Assembly (NCBI GenBank): GCA_036009565.1
Contig: DASYLM010000348.1
Coordinates: 1-54,968 of the forward strand
Direction of reading: 5' to 3'
Source of the DNA: Pseudonocardia sp.
GTDB lineage: Bacteria; Actinomycetota; Actinomycetes; Mycobacteriales; Pseudonocardiaceae
Length of the DNA stretch: 54,968 nt
The notes beneath the pieces were generated by a model. It did not search any database, was not told the DNA's origin, and worked only from the letters and a program-made list of their open reading frames with translations. A program made the translations under genes and the position numbers. Below, piece after piece: positions 1 through 9,584 of this stretch (positions are counted from its first letter, which is position 1; the number at the start of each line of letters is the position of its first letter).

Positions 1-68
1 CGGACCGAGATTCCAGGGCCACCGGCTGGACGCCGAGGTAGCGGCGGAGGGTTCATGTCGGTGGTCAT
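1..68 (-). CDS. 5' end of a gene running off the left edge (MTTDMNPPPLPRRPAGGPGISV...), product unknown
   Basis: Minus-strand ATG at 68 preceded by GAGGAG (SD-like); open to the window edge. Confidence 0.45.
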   Translation of the reverse strand, partial: MTTDMNPPPLPRRPAGGPGISV

Positions 69-307
69 CAGGGGTGTGCTCCTCGGTGACTGCGGGTCCC
101 CAGCTCTGATACTGGAAACGGTGTCACTCCGGGGGTGCCGATTCGATGGTGTGCTCCCCCGCGAGCGCGGAGCCTTCCCCCGTAACCGAGGTAGGGTTCT
201 CCCCCGGCGAATGCGCGGAAATGATCAGCGCCGTGCGGCGCATTACGGCAATTGGCCTATCGAGTTGGTGCGGATGTATTAGTCCGATCGACCGGTCGAC
301 AACACAC

Positions 308-346
308 AAAAAAATCGGCCCGACACCGTCAGTGGTGTCGGGCCGA
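308..346 (-). terminator. Intrinsic terminator downstream of 365..931
   Basis: Perfect 13-bp stem TCGGCCCGACACC/GGTGTCGGGCCGA (315-327/334-346), 6-nt loop, 7-T run on minus strand (A308-314). Confidence 0.85.
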
Positions 347-364
347 CTCTGGGCTTACCTGAAA

Positions 365-931
365 TCAGAACTTCAACAGTCGGTCGAAGAATTCGCGGTA
401 GCGCCCGATTGCAACTCGAAGATCCTCGGTCGAGGAACCCTCGTCGGACAGCCCTGCCTCGAGGTCTGCACGCTGGCGGCGGAACACCTGCTCCACCTCG
501 TCCAGCACGTCGCCGACCAGCCCATCGATCTGCTGAACGGTGTGCCGCGGATCGTCCACGAAGTCGGCCTTGAGCTCGTCCCAGCGCTTCTGGAAGCCGA
601 CCGCGCGGTCCGGGGCCATGAGGCTGGGCGACTGCTCGCCATCCTTCGCCGCCGTGCCGCCGGTGCCGGAGGCGGCACCGGAGACCGTCCCGTCCGCTTG
701 GGCAGCGGCACCGTCGCCGTGCGACTCGGCGTCGTCCGCGCCGCGCATGCGGCCGGTGTCGCCGGTCGTGTCGTCGGTGGCACCGTGGGTGTCGCCGGTG
801 GTGTCTCCGGTGGCACCGCGGGTCTCCCGGTCATCGGGCTCGCCGACGCCGTTCCCGGTGGGCGGGGTCTGCTGCTGGAGCTCGTCCTCAGTGGTCATGT
901 CGCTCGCTCGGATGCCGTGTTCAGTCGTCAT
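365..931 (-). CDS. Hypothetical protein: acidic disordered N-terminus, helical C-terminal domain (RW..FVDDP..STEDLR..YR)
   Basis: 188-aa ORF, ATGA overlap with upstream gene, GGAG SD, terminator downstream. Confidence 0.8.
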   Translation of the reverse strand: MTTEHGIRASDMTTEDELQQQTPPTGNGVGEPDDRETRGATGDTTGDTHGATDDTTGDTGRMRGADDAESHGDGAAAQADGTVSGAASGTGGTAAKDGEQSPSLMAPDRAVGFQKRWDELKADFVDDPRHTVQQIDGLVGDVLDEVEQVFRRQRADLEAGLSDEGSSTEDLRVAIGRYREFFDRLLKF

Positions 932-1638
932 ACCGTGCCCTCCTGTCCGTTCGATCCGTGCCGCGCCTTCGGGCGGTCGTCTTGGGCGTTGCTGTCGCGC
1001 CGCGCCTTCAGCTGGTCGGTGTCCCGCCGCGCGGTGTCTGTCCGGGCGCTGTCTGTCCGGGCGCTGTCTGTCCGGGCGCTGTCGCTCTTCGGCCCGTCGC
1101 TGTCGTGCAACAGGGCGTCCACCAGCGAGCGGTAGGACGTGACCGCGGTACGCAGTTCCTCGGTGCTCGCCTCGCCACGCTCGTTGGCCCGGGCGATCCG
1201 CCGCGCCTCCCGGTAGTGCTGGGTGACCTTCGGGTACTTCACCGACAGGTCGTCGGCCCGCTGGTCGAAGTCGTCGACCGGGTAGCCGCGCGCCGACATC
1301 ACATCCACGACGAGACGGTCTGCGTGGTGCACCGCCGTGGCGGGGCCGTCCACGAAGCCACGCTGGACGTCCGACCAGCGCTGCTCGAACTGGCGTTGCT
1401 GCCCCGCATCGAGTGTGCGGAGCTCGAGTTCCTTGTGCCGCTTCTCGCGCTCGAGCAGCTCCGACTCGGCGCCTCGGCGATCGTCGGCGCCCTCCACGGC
1501 CCGGTCGTACTCAGGGCCGAAACGCTCGTGCAGGCGGTCCGAGCGACGCTTCTGAGTCAGTCGGTAGATCGCCGCACCAATTGCCAGAATAACGATCACC
1601 GCTATTATGATCACTATAACCGTGGTGGCACTGTTCAT
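928..1638 (-). CDS. Membrane-anchored hypothetical protein, paralogous to 365..931
   Basis: N-terminal TM helix (VIVIIIAVIVILAIGAAIY), RFGPEYDR motif, RW..Q..FVD.P and STEELR..YR motifs. Confidence 0.8.
   Translation of the reverse strand: MNSATTVIVIIIAVIVILAIGAAIYRLTQKRRSDRLHERFGPEYDRAVEGADDRRGAESELLEREKRHKELELRTLDAGQQRQFEQRWSDVQRGFVDGPATAVHHADRLVVDVMSARGYPVDDFDQRADDLSVKYPKVTQHYREARRIARANERGEASTEELRTAVTSYRSLVDALLHDSDGPKSDSARTDSARTDSARTDTARRDTDQLKARRDSNAQDDRPKARHGSNGQEGTV
1036..1083. repeat. 15-bp tandem repeat GTCTGTCCGGGCGCT x3 (encodes DSART repeats)
   Basis: Seen directly. Confidence 0.9.
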
Positions 1639-1747
1639 GGGGTTCGAATTCCCCGCTGAACAGTGCCGCACGCGGCGCAGTGATCCCCGTCACATTATGT
1701 TTTGCGCGTCCTTTCGGAGCCCATGAAATGTGCCGAATTATGACCGA

Positions 1748-2785
1748 TCAGCTCGGGTCGGCCGCCAGCAACTCGGCCACCCCGGCGTTGATGAAGGCGG
1801 TGTCGACCGGGTTCGGCCCGCCGCCGGCGAAGTGTCCCCACACCCCGGGGATCACCCGCAGCTCGGCGTTGGGCATGTGGCTGACCGCCCACGCCTCGTC
1901 CTCCGGCGGGAAGTAGAGGTCCTTCTCCGCCGGCATCACCAGTGCCTTGGCCCTGATCGAGCCGAGCGCCCCCTCGATGGAGGTGTGCCCCGGGGTGCTG
2001 CCGACGTCGCCGGCCCACCAGGTGTCGAGCATGGTGAGCAGGTTGTTCGGGTCCCGGCCGTCCAGGAAGAAGCCCTCCCAGAAGCCGACCGCGAAGTCCT
2101 CCAGCGAGGCGAAGCCCAGCTCGCGCCACGCCTCCTGCCAGTAGAACGCCTGCGAGAAGCCCCAGCCGGCGTAGATCCGGGCGAAGGCGCGCAGCCCGAG
2201 CATGGGCCAGTCGTCGTCCGGATACCAACCGCCGGCGAACTTGGCATCCGCGCTCAGGGCGGACCGCAGCGAGTCGAGGAAGACCTTGTTGTGCGGCGCG
2301 GTACGGGCCGAGCCGCAGAACGGCAGGATGCGCTGCACCATCTCCGGGTGGCTGACCGCCCACTGGTAGGTCTGCCCGGCGCCCATCGACCAGCCCAGCA
2401 CCAGCGGTAGGGTCTCGATCCCGAACACCTCGGTGACCAACCGGTACTGCGACTCCACGTTGTCCCGCACGTTGACCCGGGGGAACCGGGCGCGGTCCCA
2501 CGGCGGCGGGGTGTTGGACGGCGAGCTGGACAGTCCGTTGCCGAGCATGTTCGGCACGATGATGAACCACCGCTCGGGGTCCAGCGCCATACCCTCGCCG
2601 ATCAGCCACTCGTTGTCCCAGTGCCGCCCGGAGTACCAGGTGGGGTACACGATGGCGTTGGACCTGTCCGCATTCAGCGTGCCGTAGGTCTGGTACGCCA
2701 CCCTTGCCGGGCGCAGCGTGGCCCCGCACTCCAGGGTGAAGTCTGGGATCTCGTGTACCTCGTACGGCGCGTCCGGGCCAGTCAC
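1748..2785 (-). CDS. Alpha/beta hydrolase, homoserine O-acetyltransferase (MetX)-like family
   Basis: AYQTYGTLNADRSNAI, LGWSMGA nucleophile elbow, D(LYF) and WGH(FAG) catalytic motifs; GAGGAG SD before GTG 2785 (alternative GTG 2833 overlaps the formamidase stop). Confidence 0.8.
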   Translation of the reverse strand: MTGPDAPYEVHEIPDFTLECGATLRPARVAYQTYGTLNADRSNAIVYPTWYSGRHWDNEWLIGEGMALDPERWFIIVPNMLGNGLSSSPSNTPPPWDRARFPRVNVRDNVESQYRLVTEVFGIETLPLVLGWSMGAGQTYQWAVSHPEMVQRILPFCGSARTAPHNKVFLDSLRSALSADAKFAGGWYPDDDWPMLGLRAFARIYAGWGFSQAFYWQEAWRELGFASLEDFAVGFWEGFFLDGRDPNNLLTMLDTWWAGDVGSTPGHTSIEGALGSIRAKALVMPAEKDLYFPPEDEAWAVSHMPNAELRVIPGVWGHFAGGGPNPVDTAFINAGVAELLAADPS

Positions 2786-2829
2786 AACGTCTCCTCGCTC
2801 GGTGGCTGTGTCCGTGCTGGCGAGCTCGG

Positions 2830-4077
2830 TCACGAACTCACCGCACAGCTTCCTCTGTCGGCGGTGACCGGACCAGCGGCGGACGGCTTGATGTCGAAGT
2901 CGAAAATCGCCGTCGGCAGGTACAGCGAGCAGCACGCGTTCGGGATGTCCACCACGCCGCTGACCCGGCCCTCGATCGGCGCCGCGCCGAGCAGCAGGTA
3001 CGCCTGCTCGCCGCTGTAGCCGAACTTCATCAGGTAGTCCACCGCGTTCAGGCAGGCGTTCCGGTAGGCGACCGTGGCGTCGTTGTAGAGCTGGGTGTCC
3101 GTGGTGTGGTCCACCCCGATGCCGATGAACGTGACGAACTCCGAGTAGCGCGGTTCCACGTTGCCCGGCATCAGGATCGGGTTGGTGCTCACCCCGTAGG
3201 TGGCCATCCCGCCCTTGATCAGGTCCACGTGGAAGTCGATGAAGCCACCCATCTCGATGGCGCCACAGAAGGTGATCTCGCCGTCGCCCTGGCTGAAGTG
3301 CAGGTCCCCGCCGGAGAACAGCGCGCCGGCCACGTGCACCGGGTAGAACACCCTGCTGCCCCTGGTGAAGTTCTTGATGTCGTGGTTGCCGCCGTTCTCC
3401 CTGGCCGGCACGGTGCGCGCGCCGTCGGCGGCGATCGCGGCGGCCACGTCCCCGGTGGCCGAGCCGGGCAGCGTCTGATCCACCAGCGGCGGCAGGGCGA
3501 GCGGCGGCACCCGGTCCGGGTCGGTGGCGATCAGGGCCCGCTCCCGCGCGTTCCACCTGCTCAGCAGCTCGGCCGACGGGGCGGTGCCGAACAGGCCGGG
3601 GTGGGTGATGCCGGTGAACTTGACGTTCGGGATGTGCCTCGAGGTGCAGGCCTGGCCGGAGAAGTCCCAGATCGCCTTGTACGCGTCCGGGAACCGGTCG
3701 GTGAGGAAGCCGCCGCCGTTGGCCTTGCTGAAGATGCCGGTGTAACCCCAGCCCTGGCCGGGCGACGGGCCGACCTGCTGCGGCACCGGGCCGAGGTCCA
3801 GGATGTCGATCACGAGCAGGTCACCGGGCTCGGCGCCCTCCACGTAGATCGGCCCGCTGAGCATGTGCGCCCTGGTCAGGTCCACGTCCCGCACGTCGTT
3901 CGCGGAGTCGTTGTTGCCGATCTGGTTGTCGGTCCACTCCCGGCACTCCACCCGGATGTCCTGGCCGGGGCGCACCCGCACGGCCGGCGGGATGTCGGGG
4001 TGCCAGCGGTTGTGGCCGGGCACCGCCTGCTCGGCCATGGACAGGGCCTGGTCGACACTGAAGACGACGTCGGGCAT
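2830..4077 (-). CDS. fmdA: Formamidase (FmdA/AmdA acetamidase-formamidase family)
   Basis: HNRWHPDIP, ENGGNHDIKN, GDLHFSQGDGEITFCGAIEM, GVVDIPNAC motifs; GGAGG SD. Confidence 0.93.
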   Translation of the reverse strand: MPDVVFSVDQALSMAEQAVPGHNRWHPDIPPAVRVRPGQDIRVECREWTDNQIGNNDSANDVRDVDLTRAHMLSGPIYVEGAEPGDLLVIDILDLGPVPQQVGPSPGQGWGYTGIFSKANGGGFLTDRFPDAYKAIWDFSGQACTSRHIPNVKFTGITHPGLFGTAPSAELLSRWNARERALIATDPDRVPPLALPPLVDQTLPGSATGDVAAAIAADGARTVPARENGGNHDIKNFTRGSRVFYPVHVAGALFSGGDLHFSQGDGEITFCGAIEMGGFIDFHVDLIKGGMATYGVSTNPILMPGNVEPRYSEFVTFIGIGVDHTTDTQLYNDATVAYRNACLNAVDYLMKFGYSGEQAYLLLGAAPIEGRVSGVVDIPNACCSLYLPTAIFDFDIKPSAAGPVTADRGSCAVSS

Positions 4078-4121
4078 GGCGAACCTCCGAAGCAGGTGCG
4101 GATCAGGGACGGGGTACTGGC

Positions 4122-4403
4122 TCAGGGGCGGGGCAGCCGGGCGTGCCGGGGGTCGGTGCTGACCGGGGTCCGGCGGCGGGACGGCGGCGTCGAGGTCACC
4201 ACCGCCGGCTGGTGCGCGCTGCGCTCCTGGGCGTCCAGCGCGCGGCGCATGCCGGGGTCGACCGCGCGCAGGGCCGGGGCACCGAACACCCTCGAGGCCG
4301 GCTCCGCACAGTGCGGACAGCGCTCGAGCTCGGAGAGCTCGGCCATGGCGCGCCGCACGTCGAACGGTCCGCATCGCCCGCACCGGAAGCCGTACATCGG
4401 CAC
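4122..4403 (-). CDS. fmdB: FmdB-family zinc-ribbon regulatory protein
   Basis: PMYGFRCxxC...CPHC...RVFGAP; immediately upstream of formamidase. Confidence 0.88.
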   Translation of the reverse strand: MPMYGFRCGRCGPFDVRRAMAELSELERCPHCAEPASRVFGAPALRAVDPGMRRALDAQERSAHQPAVVTSTPPSRRRTPVSTDPRHARLPRP

Positions 4404-4479
4404 CGCGCCACCCCTCTCACCCTGTCGGCCCGGGTACCGCGAGACCGGCTGTCCCGGCCAGGTACCCACCGCCGCATGC

Positions 4480-4532
4480 TGTCATAGGAAATAGTGTCAT
4501 TAGAAAGTATTCATGTGAGCCATCGCCGTCAA
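4480..4532 (-). promoter_or_regulatory. Probable housekeeping-sigma promoter of the fmdB-fmdA operon with overlapping direct repeats
   Basis: Minus strand TTGACG (4532-4527)-N17-TACTTT (4509-4504); direct repeats TGTCATAGGAAA/TGTCATTAGAAA at 4480 and 4495. Confidence 0.6.
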
Positions 4533-4564
4533 GAGGCGCAGGACACTGGCGGCCGGACGCCGCC

Positions 4565-5668
4565 TCAGACGCCGGCGGTCAGCTCGGCGAGCACCTCGAA
4601 CTCGAGGCCGTCGGCGCGCGCCAGGTAGACGTTCTGCAGCAGGTGGTTGCCGCGCATCCGGACGTCACCGCGGGGCCCGGAGTAGGCCAGTGCCTCCGCC
4701 GAGGCGGTCATCCTGGCCGGGTCCGTCCCGCCGGCCCGCTCGGCGAGGTTGGCCAGCAGCAGCAGACCCTCGTAGCAGGACTCGCCCAGTGAGTTCAGCG
4801 CGGGCGCGTCCACCCCGAACCGGCGTACGTAGCGGGCGGAGAAGTCCAGGCTGTCGGTCGTGGGCAGGGACTCGAAGTAGCCGGCCGAGGCGTACAGGCC
4901 GACCGCGTTCGCCGCCCCGGTGGCCAGCAGCATGTTCTCCTCCATCAGCGGGCTGAAGCGCACGCAGGTGGCGTCCAGCCCGGCCGCCGCGAACGCCCGG
5001 TTGAACTGCACCGCGTCCGAGCCGACCAGGAACATCAGAACCCCGTCCGCCCCGCTGCGCGCCACCCGCCGCAGCACCGCGTCGAAGTTCTGGGTGCCCA
5101 GCTCCACGAACACCTCGTCGGCGATCAGCGCGCCGCAGCTCGGCGCGTACCGGCGCGCGGCGGCCGCCGAGACCCTCGGCCAGACATAGTCGTCGCCCAC
5201 GATGCACCAGCTACGGATGCCCAGCTCAGCGGACATCCAGCGCAGCCCGGGCAGCACCTGGCGGCCCGGCGTCTCGCCGGCGAGGAACACCCCGGGAGTG
5301 GTCTCGCCGCCCTCGTACAGCGGGGAGTACACGTACGGTACCCGGCCGGCGACCAGCGGCGCGATCCGCTGGCGGACCGCCGAGATGTGCCAGCCGGCGA
5401 CCGCGCCGACCGACTCGTCGGAAATCAGCCCGGCGACCTGGGCGGCGACCTCGCCAGGGTCCGCACCGCCGTCGACCACGCGCAGCCGCAACTCCCGGCC
5501 GAGCACCCCGCCGGCGGCGTTGATCTCCTCCTCGGCCAGCCGGCCGCACGCCTCGCAGGACGGCCCGAACATGCCGGCCGGGCCGTGCAGCGGCACCACG
5601 AAGGCGACCTCGAGCACGCCCGGGTCCGCCCGGCGGGCCGGCGCTCGCTCGGCTCGGGCGGTCATCAC
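4565..5668 (-). CDS. amiC: AmiC-like amide-sensing PBP-fold protein (no signal peptide)
   Basis: EEINAAGGVLGREL, GWHISAVR, YSPLYEGGE, GDDYVWPR, ESCYEG motifs; next to formamidase and MarR. Confidence 0.8.
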   Translation of the reverse strand: MMTARAERAPARRADPGVLEVAFVVPLHGPAGMFGPSCEACGRLAEEEINAAGGVLGRELRLRVVDGGADPGEVAAQVAGLISDESVGAVAGWHISAVRQRIAPLVAGRVPYVYSPLYEGGETTPGVFLAGETPGRQVLPGLRWMSAELGIRSWCIVGDDYVWPRVSAAAARRYAPSCGALIADEVFVELGTQNFDAVLRRVARSGADGVLMFLVGSDAVQFNRAFAAAGLDATCVRFSPLMEENMLLATGAANAVGLYASAGYFESLPTTDSLDFSARYVRRFGVDAPALNSLGESCYEGLLLLANLAERAGGTDPARMTASAEALAYSGPRGDVRMRGNHLLQNVYLARADGLEFEVLAELTAGV

Positions 5669-5769
5669 CGCCGCCGAGGGCTGGTCGAGGTCACGTCTCC
5701 CATTCTGGCGCTACTTCGTTTCGGAGATGTTTATCCTGAACGGGTTGTGCGGCGAGAGGCGGAGAACGG

Positions 5770-6195
5770 GTGTCAGTTCCAGTGCAGACCTCACTGGCGG
5801 GGTTGCTCGCCCAGGCTGAGCGTCGAGTGGCCCGCCGGATCGAGTCGGCGCTGCGCACCGCCGACATCAACGCCGAGCAGTGGCGGGTCCTCACGCTGCT
5901 GGCCGACGGCACCGGGCATCCGATGAGCGAGATAGCCGGCTTCGCGATGGTCCCGGCCCCCACCCTGACGAAGATCATCGACCGGTTGATCGACCGCACC
6001 CTGGTGTACCGGCGGGTGGACGTCGAGGATCGCAGGCGGGTGCTGGTCTTCCTCTCCGCGCGAGGCGCGGACCTGTTCCACCTGGTCGGCACCGACGTGG
6101 CGGTCGCCGAGCGGGAGCTGGCCGACGTCCTCGGCGACCGCGACGCCGCCCACCTGACCGAGCTGCTGTCCAGGCTGCTGGACCGCCTCTCCTGA
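5770..6195 (+). CDS. MarR-family transcriptional regulator (AmiA-like)
   Basis: wHTH PAPTLTKIIDRL...VYRRVDVEDRRRVLVFL; divergent from amiC. Confidence 0.88.
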   Translation: MSVPVQTSLAGLLAQAERRVARRIESALRTADINAEQWRVLTLLADGTGHPMSEIAGFAMVPAPTLTKIIDRLIDRTLVYRRVDVEDRRRVLVFLSARGADLFHLVGTDVAVAERELADVLGDRDAAHLTELLSRLLDRLS

Positions 6196-6527
6196 GCCCC
6201 GCGCGGCGGGTCAGCCCGTCCGGCCGGGTGCGGCGCAGCACCATCACCCCGATGGACACCAGTACGAAGAGCAGCAGCACCAGCACCACGGTGGTCAGCC
6301 CGGCCAGCGCGCCGTCCAGCGCGCCCAGTTCCTTGCGCAGCTTGCTGCCCGGCTCGTCGGTGTCCGGCTCGTGAGTGTCCGCAATGGACTGTTCGATCCA
6401 CTCACTCGCGACTGCTGTCCCCCGCCATCCGCCGGACGCTACCGGGCGACCCACTCGATCTGTGCAGATCCTGATCAACGTCGCAAAGACTCTTGACGCG
6501 GGTCGCCGCCGCGCGCCCAATTATTCG

Positions 6528-8087
6528 ATGACGCCACCGCCCGATGATGCGCGCGACGCGGTCCAAACCCCAGTCCTGCCGGAGGACCCGGATGAGCGGC
6601 GCCTCCAGGAGATGGGTTACACCCAGGAACTGCGGCGCTCGATGTCCGCGTTCAACAACTTCGCGGTGTCCTTCACCATCATCTCGATCCTGTCCGGCTG
6701 CCTGACGCTCTACGGCTATGGGATGGCCACCGGCGGACCGGTGGTGATCATCTGGGGCTGGCTGGGCATCGGGGTGCTCACCCTGTTCGTCGGGCTCGCC
6801 ATGGCCGAGGTGTGCTCGGCGTACCCGACCGCCGGCGGGCTGTATTTCTGGGCCGCTCAGCTCGCCCAGAAGAACACCGCCGCATGGGCCTGGTTCACCG
6901 GCTGGTTCAACGTGCTCGGTGAGGTCGCGGTCACCGCCGGCATCGACTTCGGCGCCGCGTTCTTCCTCAACGCCCTACTGGACCTGCAGTTCGGTTTCGA
7001 GACGACCCCGCCGCACACGATCTCGTTGTTCGGCGTGATCCTGCTGGTGCACGCGCTGCTCAACACCGTCGGGGTCAGGGCGGTCGCGCTGCTCAACTCG
7101 ATCAGTGTGTGGTGGCACGTGGTCGGCGTGCTGGTGATCGTGGTCGTGCTCGCCGTGGTGCCGGACCACCACCAGAGCGCCGGCTTCGTATTCGGCCACT
7201 TCGAGAACCAGACCGGCTGGGGCTCCACGTTCTACGTGGCCGCGCTCGGGCTGCTGCTCGCGCAGTACACCTTCACCGGCTACGACGCGTCCGCGCACAT
7301 GATCGAGGAGACCAAGAACGCGGCGAAGGCCGGCCCGCGCGGCATCGTGATGTCGATCGTCGTGTCGCTGGTCGCCGGCTGGGTGCTGCTGATCGGGCTG
7401 ACCTTCGCGATCGGCGACTACGAGGCGGAGCGCACCAGCGCCATCGGGGTGCCACCGGCCCAGATCTTCATCGACGCGGCCGGGCGTTCGCTCGGGACGA
7501 TGCTGCTGGTCATCGTCGTGGTGGCGCAGCTGTTCTGCGGGCTGGCCTCGGTGGCCGCCAACTCTCGGATGATCTTCGCGTTCTCCCGGGACGGGGCGCT
7601 GCCCGGCTCGAAGATCTGGCGCCGGGTCGGCACCAAGACCCGGCTGCCGAACAACGCGGTCTGGCTGGCCGCCGCCAGCGCGTTCGTGCTGGGCCTGCCC
7701 TACCTGTGGAACACCACGGCCTACGCGGCGGTCACCTCGATCGCGGTGATCGGGCTGTACATCGCCTACGTGATCCCGACCTTCCTGCGGCTGCGGGCCG
7801 GCGACAGCTTCAAACCGGGCCCGTGGAACCTGGGCCGCTGGGGGCGGCCGGTGGCCGTGGTCGCGGTGGGCTGGGTCGTCGTGATCACCGTCCTGTTCAT
7901 GCTGCCGCCGACCAGCCCGGTCACCGCGTCGACGTTCAACTACACCCCGCTCGCGGTGCTGGTGGTGCTCGGGTTCGCCGGGATCTGGTGGTTGGTCTCC
8001 GCGCGCAAATGGTTCACCGGACCTCGCCGCATTGGCAGTATCGACACGCTGATCGAGTTGGAGAGCCAAGTGGGGGAGCGCGAGTGA
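6528..8087 (+). CDS. Amino acid/amine permease (APC superfamily)
   Basis: MGYTQELRR, AEVCSAYPTAGGLYFW, GYDASAHM.EET, SRMIFAFSRDGALPGS; many TM helices. Confidence 0.92.
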   Translation: MTPPPDDARDAVQTPVLPEDPDERRLQEMGYTQELRRSMSAFNNFAVSFTIISILSGCLTLYGYGMATGGPVVIIWGWLGIGVLTLFVGLAMAEVCSAYPTAGGLYFWAAQLAQKNTAAWAWFTGWFNVLGEVAVTAGIDFGAAFFLNALLDLQFGFETTPPHTISLFGVILLVHALLNTVGVRAVALLNSISVWWHVVGVLVIVVVLAVVPDHHQSAGFVFGHFENQTGWGSTFYVAALGLLLAQYTFTGYDASAHMIEETKNAAKAGPRGIVMSIVVSLVAGWVLLIGLTFAIGDYEAERTSAIGVPPAQIFIDAAGRSLGTMLLVIVVVAQLFCGLASVAANSRMIFAFSRDGALPGSKIWRRVGTKTRLPNNAVWLAAASAFVLGLPYLWNTTAYAAVTSIAVIGLYIAYVIPTFLRLRAGDSFKPGPWNLGRWGRPVAVVAVGWVVVITVLFMLPPTSPVTASTFNYTPLAVLVVLGFAGIWWLVSARKWFTGPRRIGSIDTLIELESQVGERE

Positions 8088-9487
8088 AGAAAGCCTCGGG
8101 ACCGCTGAACGAGACCGGGTCCATCCATGACCACCGCGAGGGCATGCTGAGCCTGGGTGAGCTGCGCTCGGCCATCGACACGCATAGCATCCACACCGTG
8201 CTGCTCGTGCTGGTGGACATGCAGGGCCGGCTGCAGGGCAAGCGCTGTGCGGCGCGCTACTTCCTGGAGGAGGTGCTGCCGCACGGCGCGGAGGCCTGCA
8301 ACTACCTGCTCGCGGTGGACGTCGAGATGAACACCGTCGACGGCTACGCGCTCACCTCGTGGGAACAGGGCTACGGCGACTTCGAGCTGGTCCCGGACTT
8401 CAGCACGCTCCGCCGGGTGCCCTGGCAGTCGGGCACCGCGCTGGTCTTCGCCGACCTGAGGCTGACCACCGGGGAGCCGGTGCGGCCCTCGCCCCGGCAG
8501 GTGCTGCAGCGGCAGCGCGACCGGCTCGCCGAGCGCGGCTGGCACGCGCTGTCCGGCACCGAGCTGGAGTTCATCGTCTACCGGGACTCCTACGAGGACG
8601 CCTGGCGCTCCGGCTACCGCGACCTCACCCCGGCCAACCTGTACAACATCGACTACTCGATCCTGGGCACCTCCCGGATCGAGCCCCTGCTGCACGCGAT
8701 CACCGCCGGCATGACCGGTGCCGGGCTGTACGTGGAGTCGGCCAAGGGCGAGTGCAACCTCGGTCAGCAGGAGATCGCGTTCCGCTACGACGAGGTGCAG
8801 GTCACCGCCGACAACCACGCGCTGTACAAGAACGGTGCCAAGGAGATCGCAGCCCAGCAGGGGCAATCGCTGACCTTCATGGCGAAGGTGGATGCCCGCG
8901 AGGGCAACTCCTGCCACATCCACATGTCGCTGCGGGACGCCAAGAACAACCCGGTGATGGCCGCGCCGGACGGGTCGATGTCCGCGATCGGCGAGCAGTT
9001 CCTGGCCGGTCAGCTCGCGGCGCTGCGCGAGTTCTCGCTGTTCTACGCACCGAACATCAACTCCTACAAGCGGTTCGCGTTGGGCAGCTTCGCGCCGACC
9101 GCCGTTGCCTGGGGCCGGGACAACCGGACCTGCGCGCTGCGCCTCGTCGGGCACGGGCAGTCGCTGCGGGTGGAGAACCGGCTGCCGGGCGGCGACGTCA
9201 ACCCGCACCTCGCGCTGGCCGCGGTGATCGCCGCCGGGCTCCACGGCATCGAGAACGAGCTGCCGCTGCCCGAGCCGGTCGTCGGCAACGCCTACACCTC
9301 GGGGGCGCCGACCGTGCCGACCACGCTGCGTGAGGCGCTCGCCGAGTGGGAGGGGTCGAAGCTGGCGCTGGACTGCTTCGGTGCGGACGTGGTGGCGCAC
9401 TACGCCAACATGGCGCGGATCGAGCTGGCCGCGTTCGACGCGGCGGTCACCGACTGGGAGAAGATGCGCGGCTTCGAACGCCTGTGA
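8084..9487 (+). CDS. glnA4: Glutamine synthetase family protein, GlnA4-like gamma-glutamyl-amine ligase
   Basis: DMQGRLQGKR, GTELEF, ESAKGECNLGQQE, EGNSCHIH, NSYKRF, WGRDNRT, ENRLPGGD; GTGA overlap with permease. Confidence 0.85.
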   Translation: MKKASGPLNETGSIHDHREGMLSLGELRSAIDTHSIHTVLLVLVDMQGRLQGKRCAARYFLEEVLPHGAEACNYLLAVDVEMNTVDGYALTSWEQGYGDFELVPDFSTLRRVPWQSGTALVFADLRLTTGEPVRPSPRQVLQRQRDRLAERGWHALSGTELEFIVYRDSYEDAWRSGYRDLTPANLYNIDYSILGTSRIEPLLHAITAGMTGAGLYVESAKGECNLGQQEIAFRYDEVQVTADNHALYKNGAKEIAAQQGQSLTFMAKVDAREGNSCHIHMSLRDAKNNPVMAAPDGSMSAIGEQFLAGQLAALREFSLFYAPNINSYKRFALGSFAPTAVAWGRDNRTCALRLVGHGQSLRVENRLPGGDVNPHLALAAVIAAGLHGIENELPLPEPVVGNAYTSGAPTVPTTLREALAEWEGSKLALDCFGADVVAHYANMARIELAAFDAAVTDWEKMRGFERL

Positions 9488-9584
9488 GCCGCTGACTCGG
9501 AGACCTGGCGGCCCGGTGCGCGCGGTGCGCCCGGTGCGCAAATCCACATTTCGTCGGACCGTACCGGGGCATTAGGTTAGCGAC

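Noticed and set aside
85-300. c-di-AMP (ydaO) or other known riboswitch
   Set aside because: I could not find the diagnostic conserved segments
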